A stretch of DNA of 64,000 nt from contig CAJOFJ010000006.1 of NCBI GenBank assembly GCA_905233625.1, positions 46,176 to 110,175 of the forward strand. The letters are read 5' to 3'. Source of the stretch: an uncultured Bacteroidales bacterium (GTDB taxonomy: Bacteria > Bacteroidota > Bacteroidia > Bacteroidales > WCHB1-69). Below, in pieces: positions 1-10,562 of this stretch; the first letter of the stretch is position 1, and each line of letters begins with the position of its first letter. The notes beneath the pieces were generated by a model. That model saw nothing but the letters and a program-made list of their open reading frames with translations. It was not told the origin of the DNA and made no database searches. The position numbers and the translations under genes are program-made.

Positions 1-409
1 TACTTTGTTTAGGCAGCATATCCGACATGATTCCTTCCACCAACTGGCCGCCACGATGCAGGAGAACCTGCTGTTCCGTGCTTTTATCCTCATGCTGCGG
101 GACTTCCACAATCACCCTCGACAGTTCCTTCAGTTTGGCGTATGCCTCCACAATGGCGATGGTGGTCTCCACCGCCTTCGGACTCTTCAAAATAGTGGCC
201 AGCATATAGAGGCCTTTCTCGGTGAAGGCTTTGGGAGGATATTTTGAATGCTGTCCTCGACCACTATTCTTTAAGGTCGAAATTTTCGACCTTAAAGAGT
301 CCCATTCTTCATTTGTCAATTCCCAAATGTACCCTTCCGGAAATTTTTCAGGGTTATTGCTAACCGCTTCATTTACTCGTTTGGTTTCTACCCCATACAA
401 TTCCGCCAT
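1..409 (-). CDS. ORF6N/KilA-N-like domain protein, partial (3' end beyond window edge)
   Basis: Absent from the ORF track because it is open at the window edge. Reverse-strand translation from ATG 409-407 gives MAELYGVETKRVNEAVSNNPEKFPEGYIWELTNEEW...KAFTEKGLYMLATILKSPKAV, an ORF6N-type motif series. The N-terminus looks short compared with the family as I remember it. Confidence 0.55.
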   Translation of the reverse strand, partial: MAELYGVETKRVNEAVSNNPEKFPEGYIWELTNEEWDSLRSKISTLKNSGRGQHSKYPPKAFTEKGLYMLATILKSPKAVETTIAIVEAYAKLKELSRVIVEVPQHEDKSTEQQVLLHRGGQLVEGIMSDMLPKQS

Positions 410-469
410 GTTTGCCCTATACCATTTAAAGTATGATTGGCGGAAATTGAATGCTTTTACAAATGAATT

Positions 470-1413
470 TTAGGTGGCAAAAGAAATAATTTCTTCTGCG
501 GACACTTCCATCTTATTGAATGCGAAAAGTTTCTTGCCCAAATCTTTGAGAGAGGCTCCAAGATGATAAACTGTGTTATCAATAATGGGGAATCGATCAT
601 GGTAACGGTCGGAAGTGTTGATGTCTATTGATGAGTACTGTCGGTTGTGGCGTTCTAAATCCACCTGCAATGTTTCCGATATCTTCCGGGTAATGATTTT
701 GGCACTAACTCCTTCATTCCGTTTGGTGAGAGTCTTCAATACCGAATCGTCCACATAGTTGTCGATGAGGACGACTCGTTCATGAGCCGAGCGTATCAAA
801 TCTGCCACAAAGGTGTAGGCATCAAAGACCTGTCCGTCGTAAAAACGCCCTCAACGGGAGGCAATGCAGTGCGAACAAAGAAACCAATTTGTTCTTCCGT
901 TTTAGCGACACGCTGCTCTAACCGTTCAACCCTCTGATTGATAACATATCCACGCAACAGGTATTCCTTAAGAGCAGCATTCGCCCATTGACGAAAGAGA
1001 ATCCCTTGTTTTGATTTAACACGATACCCCACAGATATAATCATATCTAAAATAAAATATTCTATTTCTCTGTTTATTAGACGATTACCCTCTTGTTGAA
1101 CTGTCGCAAAATTTGCGACAGTTGAAATTCCTTTTAATTCTTCCGCATTGGCGTTTTGTATATGTTTACCTATAGTCTTGATGTCCCTATGAAACAACTC
1201 GGCAATCTGTTGGCGATTTAGCCACACCGTATCTTCTCGCAACATCACTTCCAGACGTATACTATTGTCAGGTTGGTATAGAATGATTTCCCCATTATTT
1301 TGATCAATACAATGCACTTTCGATTCAAAAAGTGAACGAAATTGTACAAAAAGATGCGGAAATGGCGGAATGCGTGTTTTTAGATTTGCATGAGAGCACG
1401 AAAAAGGAAGCAA
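470..1413 (-). pseudogene. RhuM-family protein gene split by a -1 frameshift in an A5 run (841-845)
   Basis: ORF 796..1413 carries the RhuM core (NGEIILYQPDNSIRLEV...DMIISVGYRVKSKQG...). ORF 470..808 carries the usual C-terminal part (ADLIRSAHERVVLIDNYVDD...HLGASLKDLGKK). One extra base in the run restores EGVFYDGQVFDAYTFVADLIRSA. The true start is unclear. Confidence 0.7.
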
Positions 1414-1594
1414 GGATTTTGGAAATTTTCGAAGTCTCTTCAGTCACAGCTGAAGTGCCCCCCCCCTTCCGCGGTGAACAGGTGTAGTGCTTCGGTGCAA
1501 GTATGTCCCTCACCGCAGTAAAGATACTTGATGCACCCATCCCCAGACTCCGCCACGCTTCATCCGGAATTAAAAAGAAAGTAAATTCGCGTAA

Positions 1595-2704
1595 TTAACT
1601 ACGCACATCCATGGCGTTGCGCAAGGCACGGCCTATCAGCATGAACGACAGTACTAACAGCATGATGGCGATACCCGGCACAATGGCCAAATAGGCATTG
1701 TCAATGACAATATAGGCGTAATTTTCCTTCATCATCATGCCCCAGGACGGGGTTGGCGGCTGCACGCCCAAACCTAAGAAACTCAAGCCTGCTTCCATCA
1801 AGATGGCAGAGGAGAAATTGGAGGCGGCAATCACCACCACCGTGCCGAAGACATTCGGCAAGATATGCTTGAAGATAATATGAAAACCATTGTAACCCAA
1901 GGCTTTGCCTGACTCCACAAAGTCCTGCTCTCGCAGACTGATAACCTGTCCACGGACCACACGGGCTACATCTACCCACATGGTCAAGCCCATGGCCACG
2001 AAAATCTGCCAGAAGCCCTTGCCCAAGGCAAAACTGATGGCTATCACCAATAACAAAGTCGGAATCGACCATACCACATTGATGATATACATCAGAATAT
2101 CATCGACTTTGCCTCGGTAATAGCCCGCAACAGCACCCACTAAAATGCCGATAACCAGTGCGATAAACACCGAAATCAAACCTACCGCCAGACTGATACG
2201 GGTACCCATCATCAGCTGACTGAGCACATCACGGCCATAACGGTCGGTGCCCAAGAGGAAACGCTTGGTAATCACAGGCTCGTCCGGACTCAAATCCGAC
2301 AAAGCATAATAATGAACATCTCCGCTTTCCTCATGTCCATACAGTTTCACGGCCAAAGAATCGCCTTGACGCTGGTAAGAATGAATCGGAACAGTGGCAT
2401 AAAACGCCGGCTGGCCATAGAGCATCTTGGAGAATATATTGCGTTTCTCCACGTCCCTACTCTGCTTCACCTGCAGCAACTGCACCTGAAAACCAGGCTT
2501 CTGCAAGGCAATCTCCAACTGCTGGTGATTGCAGTACGGTGTGGAATCAGGCGTAATGAGATAGCCCAACACCGCAATAATCACCATCAGCAGGATATAG
2601 CCAAGCGAAATCATGCCCTGTCTCTCCTTCTTGAACCGGCGCCAGGTCAGTTCAGAAAGAGAGACGGACTTGTATTCTTTTGGTTTTCGCTTGAAAATAC
2701 TCAA
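1595..2704 (-). CDS. ABC transporter permease, oligopeptide/dipeptide (OppC/DppC-like)
   Basis: 369 aa, multiple TM segments, BPD-transporter EAA-like region (ESGKALGYNGFHIIFKHILPN). Confidence 0.8.
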   Translation of the reverse strand: MSIFKRKPKEYKSVSLSELTWRRFKKERQGMISLGYILLMVIIAVLGYLITPDSTPYCNHQQLEIALQKPGFQVQLLQVKQSRDVEKRNIFSKMLYGQPAFYATVPIHSYQRQGDSLAVKLYGHEESGDVHYYALSDLSPDEPVITKRFLLGTDRYGRDVLSQLMMGTRISLAVGLISVFIALVIGILVGAVAGYYRGKVDDILMYIINVVWSIPTLLLVIAISFALGKGFWQIFVAMGLTMWVDVARVVRGQVISLREQDFVESGKALGYNGFHIIFKHILPNVFGTVVVIAASNFSSAILMEAGLSFLGLGVQPPTPSWGMMMKENYAYIVIDNAYLAIVPGIAIMLLVLSFMLIGRALRNAMDVRS

Positions 2705-2718
2705 ATCTTCCTTTTTAA

Positions 2719-2825
2719 CTAAGAACTAAGAATTAAAAATTAAGAACATATCATGGTATAAATATCTCTGCACTACAAGGCAGAAATTGTCATCAACTCT
2801 TAACTTTTAATTCTTAATTCTTAAC
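2719..2825. repeat. Inverted TTAAGAA-type heptamer arrays flanking a ~50-nt unique core (long AT-rich hairpin)
   Basis: Left arm ctaagaactaagaattaaaaattaagaac (2719-2747) is about 25/28 complementary to right arm ctcttaacttttaattcttaattcttaac (2797-2825). Lies 3' of fbaA. Confidence 0.75.
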
Positions 2826-2830
2826 TATCA

Positions 2831-3910
2831 TTAACAGCGGTCGATGGCATTGAGGTCGGCGAAAGCCACTTTCAGACGCTCAACCACAGATTTCTCGCCT
2901 TCACGCAGGAAAGCACGCGGGTCGTAGTATTTCTTGTTGGGCTTGTCCTCGCCTTCGGGGTTGCCAATCTGGCTCTGCAGATAAGCCTCGTTCTTCTTGT
3001 AATAGTTCATCACACCCAACCAGAAGGCCCACTGGGTATCGGTGTCGATATTCATCTTCACCACACCATAATTGATAGCTTCCTTGATTTTCTCAGGTTC
3101 TGAACCTGAACCGCCATGGAACACAAAGTTCACCGGATTTTCTTCAGTATGGAATTTCTCCTGGATATATTTCTGGGAATTATGCAGGATGATGGGTTCC
3201 AGTTTCACATTACCGGGTTTGTAAACACCATGAACATTACCGAAAGAAGCGGCAATGGTGAAATTCGGGCTGACCTTCATCAGTTCTTCGTAAGCGTATG
3301 CCACATCTTCGGGCTGAGTGTACAAACGTGCGCTGTCCACACCGCTGTTGTCCACACCGTCTTCCTCACCACCGGTGATACCCAACTCAATTTCCAAAGT
3401 CATGTCAATCTTAGCCATGCGGGCCAGATATTTCTTGCAGATTTCGATATTCTCTTTCAGCGGCTCCACAGAAAGGTCGAGCATGTGAGAGCTGAACAAC
3501 GGTTTGCCATGCTGGGCATAGTATTTTTCACCGGCATCCAATAGACCGTCGATCCAGGGCAGCAATTTCTTGGCGGCATGGTCGGTATGGATAATCACCG
3601 GAATACCATATTTTTCAGCCACTTGGTGAATATGCATAGCACCGGAGATAGCACCTTCGATGGCCACTTTCTCACCCTCATTGCTCAGCGATTTGCCGGC
3701 ATAGAAATGAGCACCACCATTGGAGAACTGGATCATAACCGGAGAGTTGACAGCCTTGGCAGCTTCCAACACCGCGTTGATGGAGTTAGTACCCACCACA
3801 TTCACTGCGGGAAGTGCGAACTTTTCAGCCTTGGCGATTCTGAATATTTCCTGAACGTCTTTACCGACCGCAACGCCGGCTTTCACTTTTGATAATACTT
3901 TTTCTGACAT
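2831..3910 (-). CDS. fbaA: Class II fructose-1,6-bisphosphate aldolase
   Basis: 359 aa; N-terminus and HTDH / GGSGS motifs typical of class IIa FBA. A TATCTTTG -7 box (reverse strand) lies near 3950. Confidence 0.9.
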   Translation of the reverse strand: MSEKVLSKVKAGVAVGKDVQEIFRIAKAEKFALPAVNVVGTNSINAVLEAAKAVNSPVMIQFSNGGAHFYAGKSLSNEGEKVAIEGAISGAMHIHQVAEKYGIPVIIHTDHAAKKLLPWIDGLLDAGEKYYAQHGKPLFSSHMLDLSVEPLKENIEICKKYLARMAKIDMTLEIELGITGGEEDGVDNSGVDSARLYTQPEDVAYAYEELMKVSPNFTIAASFGNVHGVYKPGNVKLEPIILHNSQKYIQEKFHTEENPVNFVFHGGSGSEPEKIKEAINYGVVKMNIDTDTQWAFWLGVMNYYKKNEAYLQSQIGNPEGEDKPNKKYYDPRAFLREGEKSVVERLKVAFADLNAIDRC

Positions 3911-4015
3911 AATGATTTATTTTTGAACTTGAATATTAAATGTAACAACTTGCAAAGATACGGAAAAAAATTGTATCTTTGCATTTTAAAGATTCAAATT
4001 TAAATAAACGATATT

Positions 4016-4576
4016 ATGACCAACGTTATCGAAGAATTAAAGCAATCCGAAGCCTTGTTGGAAGGCCATTTTCTCCTGTCATCAGGCAGACACAGCAATC
4101 GTTATTGCCAGTGTGCCAAGTTATTACAATATCCCGATCGTGCAGAGCGCGTGTTAGCCACTGTAGCCGAGCAGCTGAAAGGCAAAGAAATTGACATGGT
4201 GGTCGGTCCCGCCATGGGCGGCATCATCGTGGCCTACGAACTGGGGCGTCAGTTAGGTGTTCCCGCCATTTTCACCGAAAGAGAAGACGGAAAAATGACC
4301 CTGCGCCGCGGCTTCGAGGTGAAACCCGGACAAAAACTGCTGATCACCGAGGATGTGGTCACCACCGGCAAATCGTCATTGGAGACCATCGAGGTGCTCA
4401 AGAGCTATGGTGCCGAAGTCATTGGCATCGCCTGCATCGTGGACCGCAGTGCACAGGCCATCCCCTACCCCGTGTATGGTGCTGTGAAACTGGACATTGA
4501 GAGCTGGGAAGCCGACGACTGTCCATTGTGCAAACAAGGTCTGCCCTACGTGAAACCCGGCAGCCGCAAGTTCTAA
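4016..4576 (+). CDS. pyrE: Orotate phosphoribosyltransferase
   Basis: 186 aa; PRPP-binding loop [13 protein letters not shown]; [12 protein letters not shown]-terminal signature. Confidence 0.85.
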   Translation: MTNVIEELKQSEALLEGHFLLSSGRHSNRYCQCAKLLQYPDRAERVLATVAEQLKGKEIDMVVGPAMGGIIVAYELGRQLGVPAIFTEREDGKMTLRRGFEVKPGQKLLITEDVVTTGKSSLETIEVLKSYGAEVIGIACIVDRSAQAIPYPVYGAVKLDIESWEADDCPLCKQGLPYVKPGSRKF

Positions 4577-4579
4577 ACT

Positions 4580-5569
4580 ATGGAAAACGACAACTTTATC
4601 GATTATGTGAAAATCGTCTTCCGTGCGGGTAACGGAGGGGCCCGCTCGGCACACCTGCTGCGTACCGCCCACGACCCCAAAGCCGGCCCCGACGGTGGCG
4701 ACGGCGGCCGCGGCGGTGACGTCATCCTGCGCGGCAACCGCAACCTGTGGACCCTGCTGCACCTGCGCTATACCAAGCATGTGATGGCAGAGGACGGCAC
4801 CAACGGCCAAGGCAACCAGTGCTTCGGCAAAAACGGCAAAACCGCTTACGTTGAAGTGCCTCTCGGCACTATCGTCAAAGATGCCGAAACCGACGAGTTT
4901 ATCGGCGAGATTCTGGAAGACGGCCAGGAGTTTGTGGTGCTGCCCGGTGGCCGCGGCGGACAAGGCAATGTGCATTTCAAGACCGCCACACGCCAAACCC
5001 CACGTTTCGCACAACCTGGCGAGCCGGGACAGGAAGGCTGGTTTATTCTGGAACTTAAAGTGCTGGCAGACATAGGATTAGTTGGATTCCCCAATGCCGG
5101 AAAATCCACTTTGATTTCCTCTTTGTCCAACGCCAGACCCAAAATCGCCGACTACCCCTTCACCACCCTCAAGCCCAACCTAGGCATGGTGGCTTATAGG
5201 GATTTCCAGTCCTTCGTCATCGCCGACATCCCCGGCATCATTGAAGGAGCTTCCGAAGGCAAAGGCATCGGACTTCGTTTCCTACGACATATCGAACGCA
5301 ATGCCGCCCTGCTCTTTCTCGTGCCCTGCATTTCAGAAAACATCAAAAAAGAATATCAGATTCTGCTCAATGAGCTGAAAGCCTATAATGAGGAACTGAT
5401 GGACAAAAAACGTGTGCTGGCCATCACCAAATGCGACCTGATGCCCGAGGAGGAACTGAAAAAGCTGGAGAAGAAAGTGCCGAAGGACATCCCTGTCATC
5501 TTCATCTCCGCCCATGCGCAGAAGAACTTGACACAGTTGAAGGATAAGTTGTGGGAGATACTGCACTAA
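4580..5569 (+). CDS. obg: GTPase Obg/CgtA
   Basis: Glycine-rich Obg fold ([10 protein letters not shown]), G1 [10 protein letters not shown]3 DIPG, G4 TKCD. Confidence 0.9.
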   Translation: MENDNFIDYVKIVFRAGNGGARSAHLLRTAHDPKAGPDGGDGGRGGDVILRGNRNLWTLLHLRYTKHVMAEDGTNGQGNQCFGKNGKTAYVEVPLGTIVKDAETDEFIGEILEDGQEFVVLPGGRGGQGNVHFKTATRQTPRFAQPGEPGQEGWFILELKVLADIGLVGFPNAGKSTLISSLSNARPKIADYPFTTLKPNLGMVAYRDFQSFVIADIPGIIEGASEGKGIGLRFLRHIERNAALLFLVPCISENIKKEYQILLNELKAYNEELMDKKRVLAITKCDLMPEEELKKLEKKVPKDIPVIFISAHAQKNLTQLKDKLWEILH

Positions 5570-5814
5570 CTAGGTTATAGGGGACGGGGTACAGGGGACA
5601 GAATTCAGAATTCAGAATTCAAAGTTCAAAATTCAGAATTCAATACTAACCCCTAAACACTAAACATTAAACACTAAACATTAAACATTAAACATTAAAC
5701 ATTAAACATAAATCACTAACCCCTAAGCCCACAGCCCACAGCTCACAGCTCATAGCTCATAACTCATAGCTAAAATACCCTAAACAATAAACATTCAACA
5801 CATAAACTGAAAAC
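5570..5814. repeat. Intergenic region built almost entirely of concatenated heptamer arrays
   Basis: GAATTCA-type array 5601-5643, TAAACAT/TAAACAC array 5654-5710, CACAGCT/CATAGCT array 5727-5771. Blocks are separated by the junction CTAACCCCTAA (about 5646 and about 5716). Confidence 0.85.
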
Positions 5815-7173
5815 ATGGTAAAACCATCAATACCAAAGGGAACAAGAGATTTTGCGCCAACCGAGATGATCCGGCGCAACTATATTTTCGACACCATTAA
5901 AGCAGTGTTCAAGAAGCACGCTTTTCTGCCAATTGAGACCCCGTCAATGGAGAATCTCTCCACGTTGATGGGCAAATATGGCGAAGAGGGTGACCGTCTG
6001 CTGTTCAAAGTATTGAACTCCGGCGACTTCAAGCAAGGCGTTGATTTCGAAAATCTTACCAGCAACCAGCTGACCTCCAAAATCTGCGAAAAAGGCTTGC
6101 GTTATGACCTAACCGTGCCTTTCGCCCGCTATGTGGTGCAGCATCAGGCCGAAATCTCATTTCCGTTCAAACGTTACCAGATGCAGCCCGTGTGGCGCGC
6201 CGACAGACCCCAAAAAGGCCGCTACCGCGAGTTCTACCAGTGCGATGTGGATGTGATTGGCAGCACCAGCCTGCTCAATGAGGCTGAGCTGATGCAGATT
6301 ACCGATGAGATTTTCACTTCTTTTGGAATTCCGGTAGTCATCAAGATCAACAACCGCAAAATCCTCTCCGGCATTGCCGAGGTGGTGGGCGAAGCCGACA
6401 AGCTGACCGACATCTGCACCGCCATCGACAAGCTGGACAAGATTGGCAAGGAAAAGGTCTGCGAAGAGCTGAAAGAACGTGGATTGAGCTGTGAGGCCAT
6501 TGGCAAAATGGACCCGTTCTTCTGCTTCTGCGGCAGCAATGAAGAGAAACTGGCACAATTAGACAAGGTATTCGCTAACAGCGAGATAGGCTTGAAAGGC
6601 TTGAGCGAGATCCGCCAGATGCTGGCCTATGCCGCCCAGATGGATATCAAGGCCGAAATCGAGCTCGACATCACCCTGGCCCGTGGTCTGAACTACTACA
6701 CCGGCGCCATCTTCGAGGTCAAGGCACAGAACGTGTCCATCGGCAGCATCTCCGGTGGCGGACGCTACGACGACCTGACCGGCATCTTCGGACTGAAGAA
6801 CATGTCGGGTGTGGGCATCTCTTACGGTGCCGAGCGTATCTACGACGTACTTAACGAGTTGAACCTCTTCCCCACCAATATTGATTCGCCTATCAAAGCC
6901 TTATTCATTAATTTCGGAGAAAAAGAAGAGTTGTATGCCCTGAAAGGCCTACAGGCATTGCGTCAGGCCGGAATCGCCAGCGAACTGTATCCCGAAAAGG
7001 CCAAAATCGGCAAGCAGATGACCTACGCCAATGCCAAAGCCGTGCCCTTTGTCATCATGGCCGGCGCCGACGAGATAGCGGAAAATGTTTATACACTGAA
7101 AGATATGAACAGTGGGGAACAACGCAAACTGAACATCGCGGAGATACGGGAGATTATAGCAGCTACGCTGTAG
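5815..7173 (+). CDS. hisS: Histidine--tRNA ligase
   Basis: 452 aa; class II aaRS motifs ([26 protein letters not shown]). Confidence 0.9.
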   Translation: MVKPSIPKGTRDFAPTEMIRRNYIFDTIKAVFKKHAFLPIETPSMENLSTLMGKYGEEGDRLLFKVLNSGDFKQGVDFENLTSNQLTSKICEKGLRYDLTVPFARYVVQHQAEISFPFKRYQMQPVWRADRPQKGRYREFYQCDVDVIGSTSLLNEAELMQITDEIFTSFGIPVVIKINNRKILSGIAEVVGEADKLTDICTAIDKLDKIGKEKVCEELKERGLSCEAIGKMDPFFCFCGSNEEKLAQLDKVFANSEIGLKGLSEIRQMLAYAAQMDIKAEIELDITLARGLNYYTGAIFEVKAQNVSIGSISGGGRYDDLTGIFGLKNMSGVGISYGAERIYDVLNELNLFPTNIDSPIKALFINFGEKEELYALKGLQALRQAGIASELYPEKAKIGKQMTYANAKAVPFVIMAGADEIAENVYTLKDMNSGEQRKLNIAEIREIIAATL

Positions 7174-7175
7174 GA

Positions 7176-7326
7176 TACAGGGGACAGAAATTAAGAATTA
7201 AGAATTAAGAACTAAGAACTAAGAACAACAAACCAAAAACAATTCAACATTTCAACAATACAACACTTCAACATTCTCAACTCTTAATTCTTAGTTTTTA
7301 ACTTAATTAGCACACCGATAATTAAC
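7176..7326. repeat. Heptamer-array module (GGGGACAG lead, TTAAGAA arrays in inverted arms, AATTAGCACA tail)
   Basis: aattaagaattaagaattaagaactaagaactaagaac faces ctcttaattcttagtttttaac. Starts immediately after the hisS stop. Confidence 0.75.
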
Positions 7327-7340
7327 ATATTGAAGAAGTA

Positions 7341-8771
7341 ATGTCCGAAGAGAACAGAACGACAAGCGAAATTCCCGAAGAGGGTGAGAATGTCCAAAAG
7401 AAACCAGAGCATTCCAAGTGGAATAAGTTTCTGCGGAATACACTGGCATGGGTCAAGCGGACCATCCGAATTCAAGAGGATACCGACTATGAGGCCACTG
7501 CCACCAGCATCAGCAGTGCGATTTCTTTCAAGGGAATCAATGTCTGGATTCTTTTCTTCGCCATCATTGTCGCCTCTGTGGGCTTGAACGTGAATTCCAC
7601 AGCGGTCATTATCGGCGCCATGTTGATTTCACCGCTCATGGGACCTATCATGGGCATAGGCATGGCCATAGGTACAACCGACAGTGACATGTTGAGGATT
7701 TCCTTGCGGAATCTTTTGGTCATGGTTGTTATAAGCCTTTTAGCCTCAACCTTTTATTTCATTCTTTCTCCTTTGGGAGATGCGCAGTCAGAATTGCTGG
7801 CCCGAACCCGTCCCACCATTTTCGATGTGTTGATCGCCTTTTTCGGAGGTGCCGCCGGCATTGTCGCCACCTCCAGAAAATCACAGCCTTTCACTGTCAT
7901 TTCAGGTGTGGCCATTGCCACCGCCTTGATGCCACCACTCTGTACTGCCGGCTATGGCTTGGCCACCGCACAATTTAGGTATTTCTTTGGGGCCTTCTAC
8001 CTTTTCTTCATCAACTCCTTCTTCATTGCACTTGCAACCTTTTTGATTGTCAAGTATTTACATTTCCCTCAGAAGAAATATCTGAATAAAAACCGCGAGA
8101 AATTGGTCAAGCGGTCCATCAGTGTTTTCTCCATTGTTGTTATCATTCCCAGTGTCATTATAGCTTTGCATGTTATTCGCGAAACCTCTTTCAACACATC
8201 CGCCAACAAATTCATCACCGAAATACAAGAATCACCCTATTTTGAACATTCACAGCTCATTAGCTACAAAAAAGATTTTGGATACAAAGAGCAGAGTATC
8301 ATGCTGTCGGTGGTAGGCAAAGAAATCACTCCTGAAGAAATCACACACATTCAGAGCTTGATGCGCAATCAATATGGCTTGAAAAATGCCACTCTGATAG
8401 TCAAACAGACCGAACAATTCTACTCGTCAAAGAATGAGAATGAAGTGATCGAGAAAATTATAGAGCGCAAAGATGCCCAACTGGCAGAATATCAGCAACG
8501 CATTGACGAATTGGAAAGTGAGTTGGACAAACTCAATACCAACGAAAAGGCCAACCGACAAATAGCCAAGGAGTTAGCTGTTCAATATCCGACTATTACC
8601 TCTTTTTCGGTGGTCAAGTTGGTTTACACAGACACCAAAACCCTGAAAACCGACACCATCCCTACTCTTTTCATCGAAAGCACTCACAGCTTAAGCAACG
8701 AGCAAAAACAGAAGCTTCTCCAATGGCTGCGGGTACGATTGGAGGAACCGAAGTTGGAGATGAAAAATTAA
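7341..8771 (+). CDS. DUF389-family membrane protein with C-terminal coiled-coil extension
   Basis: 476 aa; SPLMGPIMGIGMAIGT and MPPLCTAGYGLA motifs as I remember them for DUF389; several TM helices. Confidence 0.6.
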   Translation: MSEENRTTSEIPEEGENVQKKPEHSKWNKFLRNTLAWVKRTIRIQEDTDYEATATSISSAISFKGINVWILFFAIIVASVGLNVNSTAVIIGAMLISPLMGPIMGIGMAIGTTDSDMLRISLRNLLVMVVISLLASTFYFILSPLGDAQSELLARTRPTIFDVLIAFFGGAAGIVATSRKSQPFTVISGVAIATALMPPLCTAGYGLATAQFRYFFGAFYLFFINSFFIALATFLIVKYLHFPQKKYLNKNREKLVKRSISVFSIVVIIPSVIIALHVIRETSFNTSANKFITEIQESPYFEHSQLISYKKDFGYKEQSIMLSVVGKEITPEEITHIQSLMRNQYGLKNATLIVKQTEQFYSSKNENEVIEKIIERKDAQLAEYQQRIDELESELDKLNTNEKANRQIAKELAVQYPTITSFSVVKLVYTDTKTLKTDTIPTLFIESTHSLSNEQKQKLLQWLRVRLEEPKLEMKN

Positions 8772-9022
8772 TCTTTATTCAGCCATTCCCGGATATCCTT
8801 TATCCGCTGCCGATACTTGGAAATTTGCGACTCGATGAAGTCCTCGCTATATTTGGTCTCGCAAAATCCATTGCCTCTGGCAACGTATGACGGATCATCT
8901 ATTTCATCCGCCAAATCCAAATAATTTTGCAAGTACGACTCATTCTGTTTCAGTAATTCTGAAAGCATTTCCGGGGTAAGCTCCACCGTCTCTCCGTCTG
9001 AAAATCTGAATAACATAAACAA
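8768..9022 (-). CDS. Hypothetical small acidic protein
   Basis: 84-aa ORF lying just downstream of the radical SAM gene on the same strand. No recognisable motif. Confidence 0.4.
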   Translation of the reverse strand: MFMLFRFSDGETVELTPEMLSELLKQNESYLQNYLDLADEIDDPSYVARGNGFCETKYSEDFIESQISKYRQRIKDIREWLNKD

Positions 9023-9039
9023 CGATTTTTAAGACAATC

Positions 9040-9795
9040 CTACCCTCTTATCTGAATTTTAAATCCCTCGTTTATAAGCGGTTGCACAAACATTCTCATC
9101 TCTTCCTCGGTGAATTTTTCCAGCCCTTCTTCAGGTGTGGGACGGTCGATGGTATAAACCATAATCTCACGAGGACGAAGCTCTCTTACAATATCCATCC
9201 AACCCTTGAGCACCTCGGGCGAGGAGGAATCAAAATTGCGGCTGCGCAACATCATGGTCTGCAAGATGAAATTGCCCTTGAACTGCTTGAGCGCCTCCAC
9301 TACCCTCTTCACATCATAACCCGGTGCGGGCTGGTTAATCTTGGCTATCAGTTCGTTCGTGGGTGCGTCAATCTTCATGATGGGATTGTCCACCTTGGTC
9401 AGCGCCTCGAAAATGGCGGGAATATGCACCCTGGTGGCATTGGACAGCACAGACACTTTTGCCTGAGGAAAATAATTGTCGCGAAGGGCCAAAGTATCGT
9501 CAATAATCTGCGGGAAATCCGGATTCAGCGTGGATTCGCCATCGCCACTGAAAGTGATGGAGTCGATGGGAGTACCCTGCTGCTGACAAGTTATGAGCTT
9601 GGTTTCCAGTGCCTCGCGCACCTCCGCGGCTTTTGGCAGTCGCTGGTCATTGCGACCGTCCTTGTTCCAGCCGCATTCGCAATAGATGCAGTCGAAATTA
9701 CAAAACTTGCCCTCGGTGGGCAACAGGTTCATTCCCAACGAATTGCCTAAACGGCGGGAATGTATCGGTCCGAAAACAGTGTCTTCTCTTAGCAT
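9040..9795 (-). CDS. Radical SAM protein
   Basis: CNFDCIYCECGW = CxxxCxxC cluster motif near the N-terminus; 251 aa. Confidence 0.75.
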   Translation of the reverse strand: MLREDTVFGPIHSRRLGNSLGMNLLPTEGKFCNFDCIYCECGWNKDGRNDQRLPKAAEVREALETKLITCQQQGTPIDSITFSGDGESTLNPDFPQIIDDTLALRDNYFPQAKVSVLSNATRVHIPAIFEALTKVDNPIMKIDAPTNELIAKINQPAPGYDVKRVVEALKQFKGNFILQTMMLRSRNFDSSSPEVLKGWMDIVRELRPREIMVYTIDRPTPEEGLEKFTEEEMRMFVQPLINEGFKIQIRG

Positions 9796-9828
9796 GGTTA
9801 TAGGTTATTACTTTTGCTTCCGAATAGC

Positions 9829-10374
9829 TTATTGTTTGCTTCCGACAAAATAATCGCTTTTGTCGTCAAATAGAATATTGAAAGAGGTCATTGAGCCATA
9901 GATACGAGTGATATATTGCTGTAAATTAACCTTTTCCTCATCGGTGAGGGAGTCGCTGCTGTTGATATTCTGTTCCAGCACACGAAGGCGGTCGCGCATC
10001 ATCACAATCTTGTGAAAGAAGGTCTCCACGGGTATCTCCTTGGGTTTCAGCTCTGGATTTGCTGGCTGCAGAATCATTGTTCCGCCTTCCCATTTCTTGC
10101 CCAGTGCCACGCGGTTTTCAATGGCGTTGTATTTGCCTAAGATAAAGGTCAGCGCACGCTCAAAATCCTTGACATCGAGCCTTGGACGGAGGTCTTCATC
10201 TTCATTCACATTGGGTTTTACTACTTCAAAAGAGGCGTTCATTTTCGAGAACTCCACCTCTCCCCCGCGAACAAATATCACCTTGTAGGTCAAATCGTTA
10301 TTCTCACTAATGATACCCTCGCCGTATTTATCATGCCGGATGCGAGTGCCAACACAAAATTCATTTTCTGCCAT
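9829..10374 (-). CDS. Hypothetical protein
   Basis: 181-aa ORF with a TATCTTTG -7 box (reverse strand) near 10400. No family recognised. Confidence 0.5.
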   Translation of the reverse strand: MAENEFCVGTRIRHDKYGEGIISENNDLTYKVIFVRGGEVEFSKMNASFEVVKPNVNEDEDLRPRLDVKDFERALTFILGKYNAIENRVALGKKWEGGTMILQPANPELKPKEIPVETFFHKIVMMRDRLRVLEQNINSSDSLTDEEKVNLQQYITRIYGSMTSFNILFDDKSDYFVGSKQ

Positions 10375-10562
10375 AATTGCTTTTTTGAAAAGTTAAGGGT
10401 GCAAAGATACGATTTTTTGTTGGATTATTGAATATATCTTGGCTTTCGGACATTGATGTACCATTATCCACAATTCCCTGTTTACACTTCGTTTTCCACT
10501 TCAGCTTTCTTTCATTTTTAATATTGTATATTTGCAGATTATAATTCTAAAATCATTCGATA

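Noticed and set aside
4376-5014. Long antisense or alternate-frame ORFs inside GC-rich genes (also 10617-11222, 12545-13318, 55383-56264, 58924-59850, 9082-9750)
   Set aside because: They lie entirely within well-supported conserved genes on the opposite strand and have low-complexity, Gly/Ala/Val/His-rich products. These are typical shadow ORFs.
10464-10472. Perfect DnaA box TTATCCACA in the 10375-10562 intergenic region
   Set aside because: It is a single box with no cluster, no adjacent AT-rich unwinding repeats and no dnaA or dnaN nearby. It is probably a chance or regulatory single site, not oriC.
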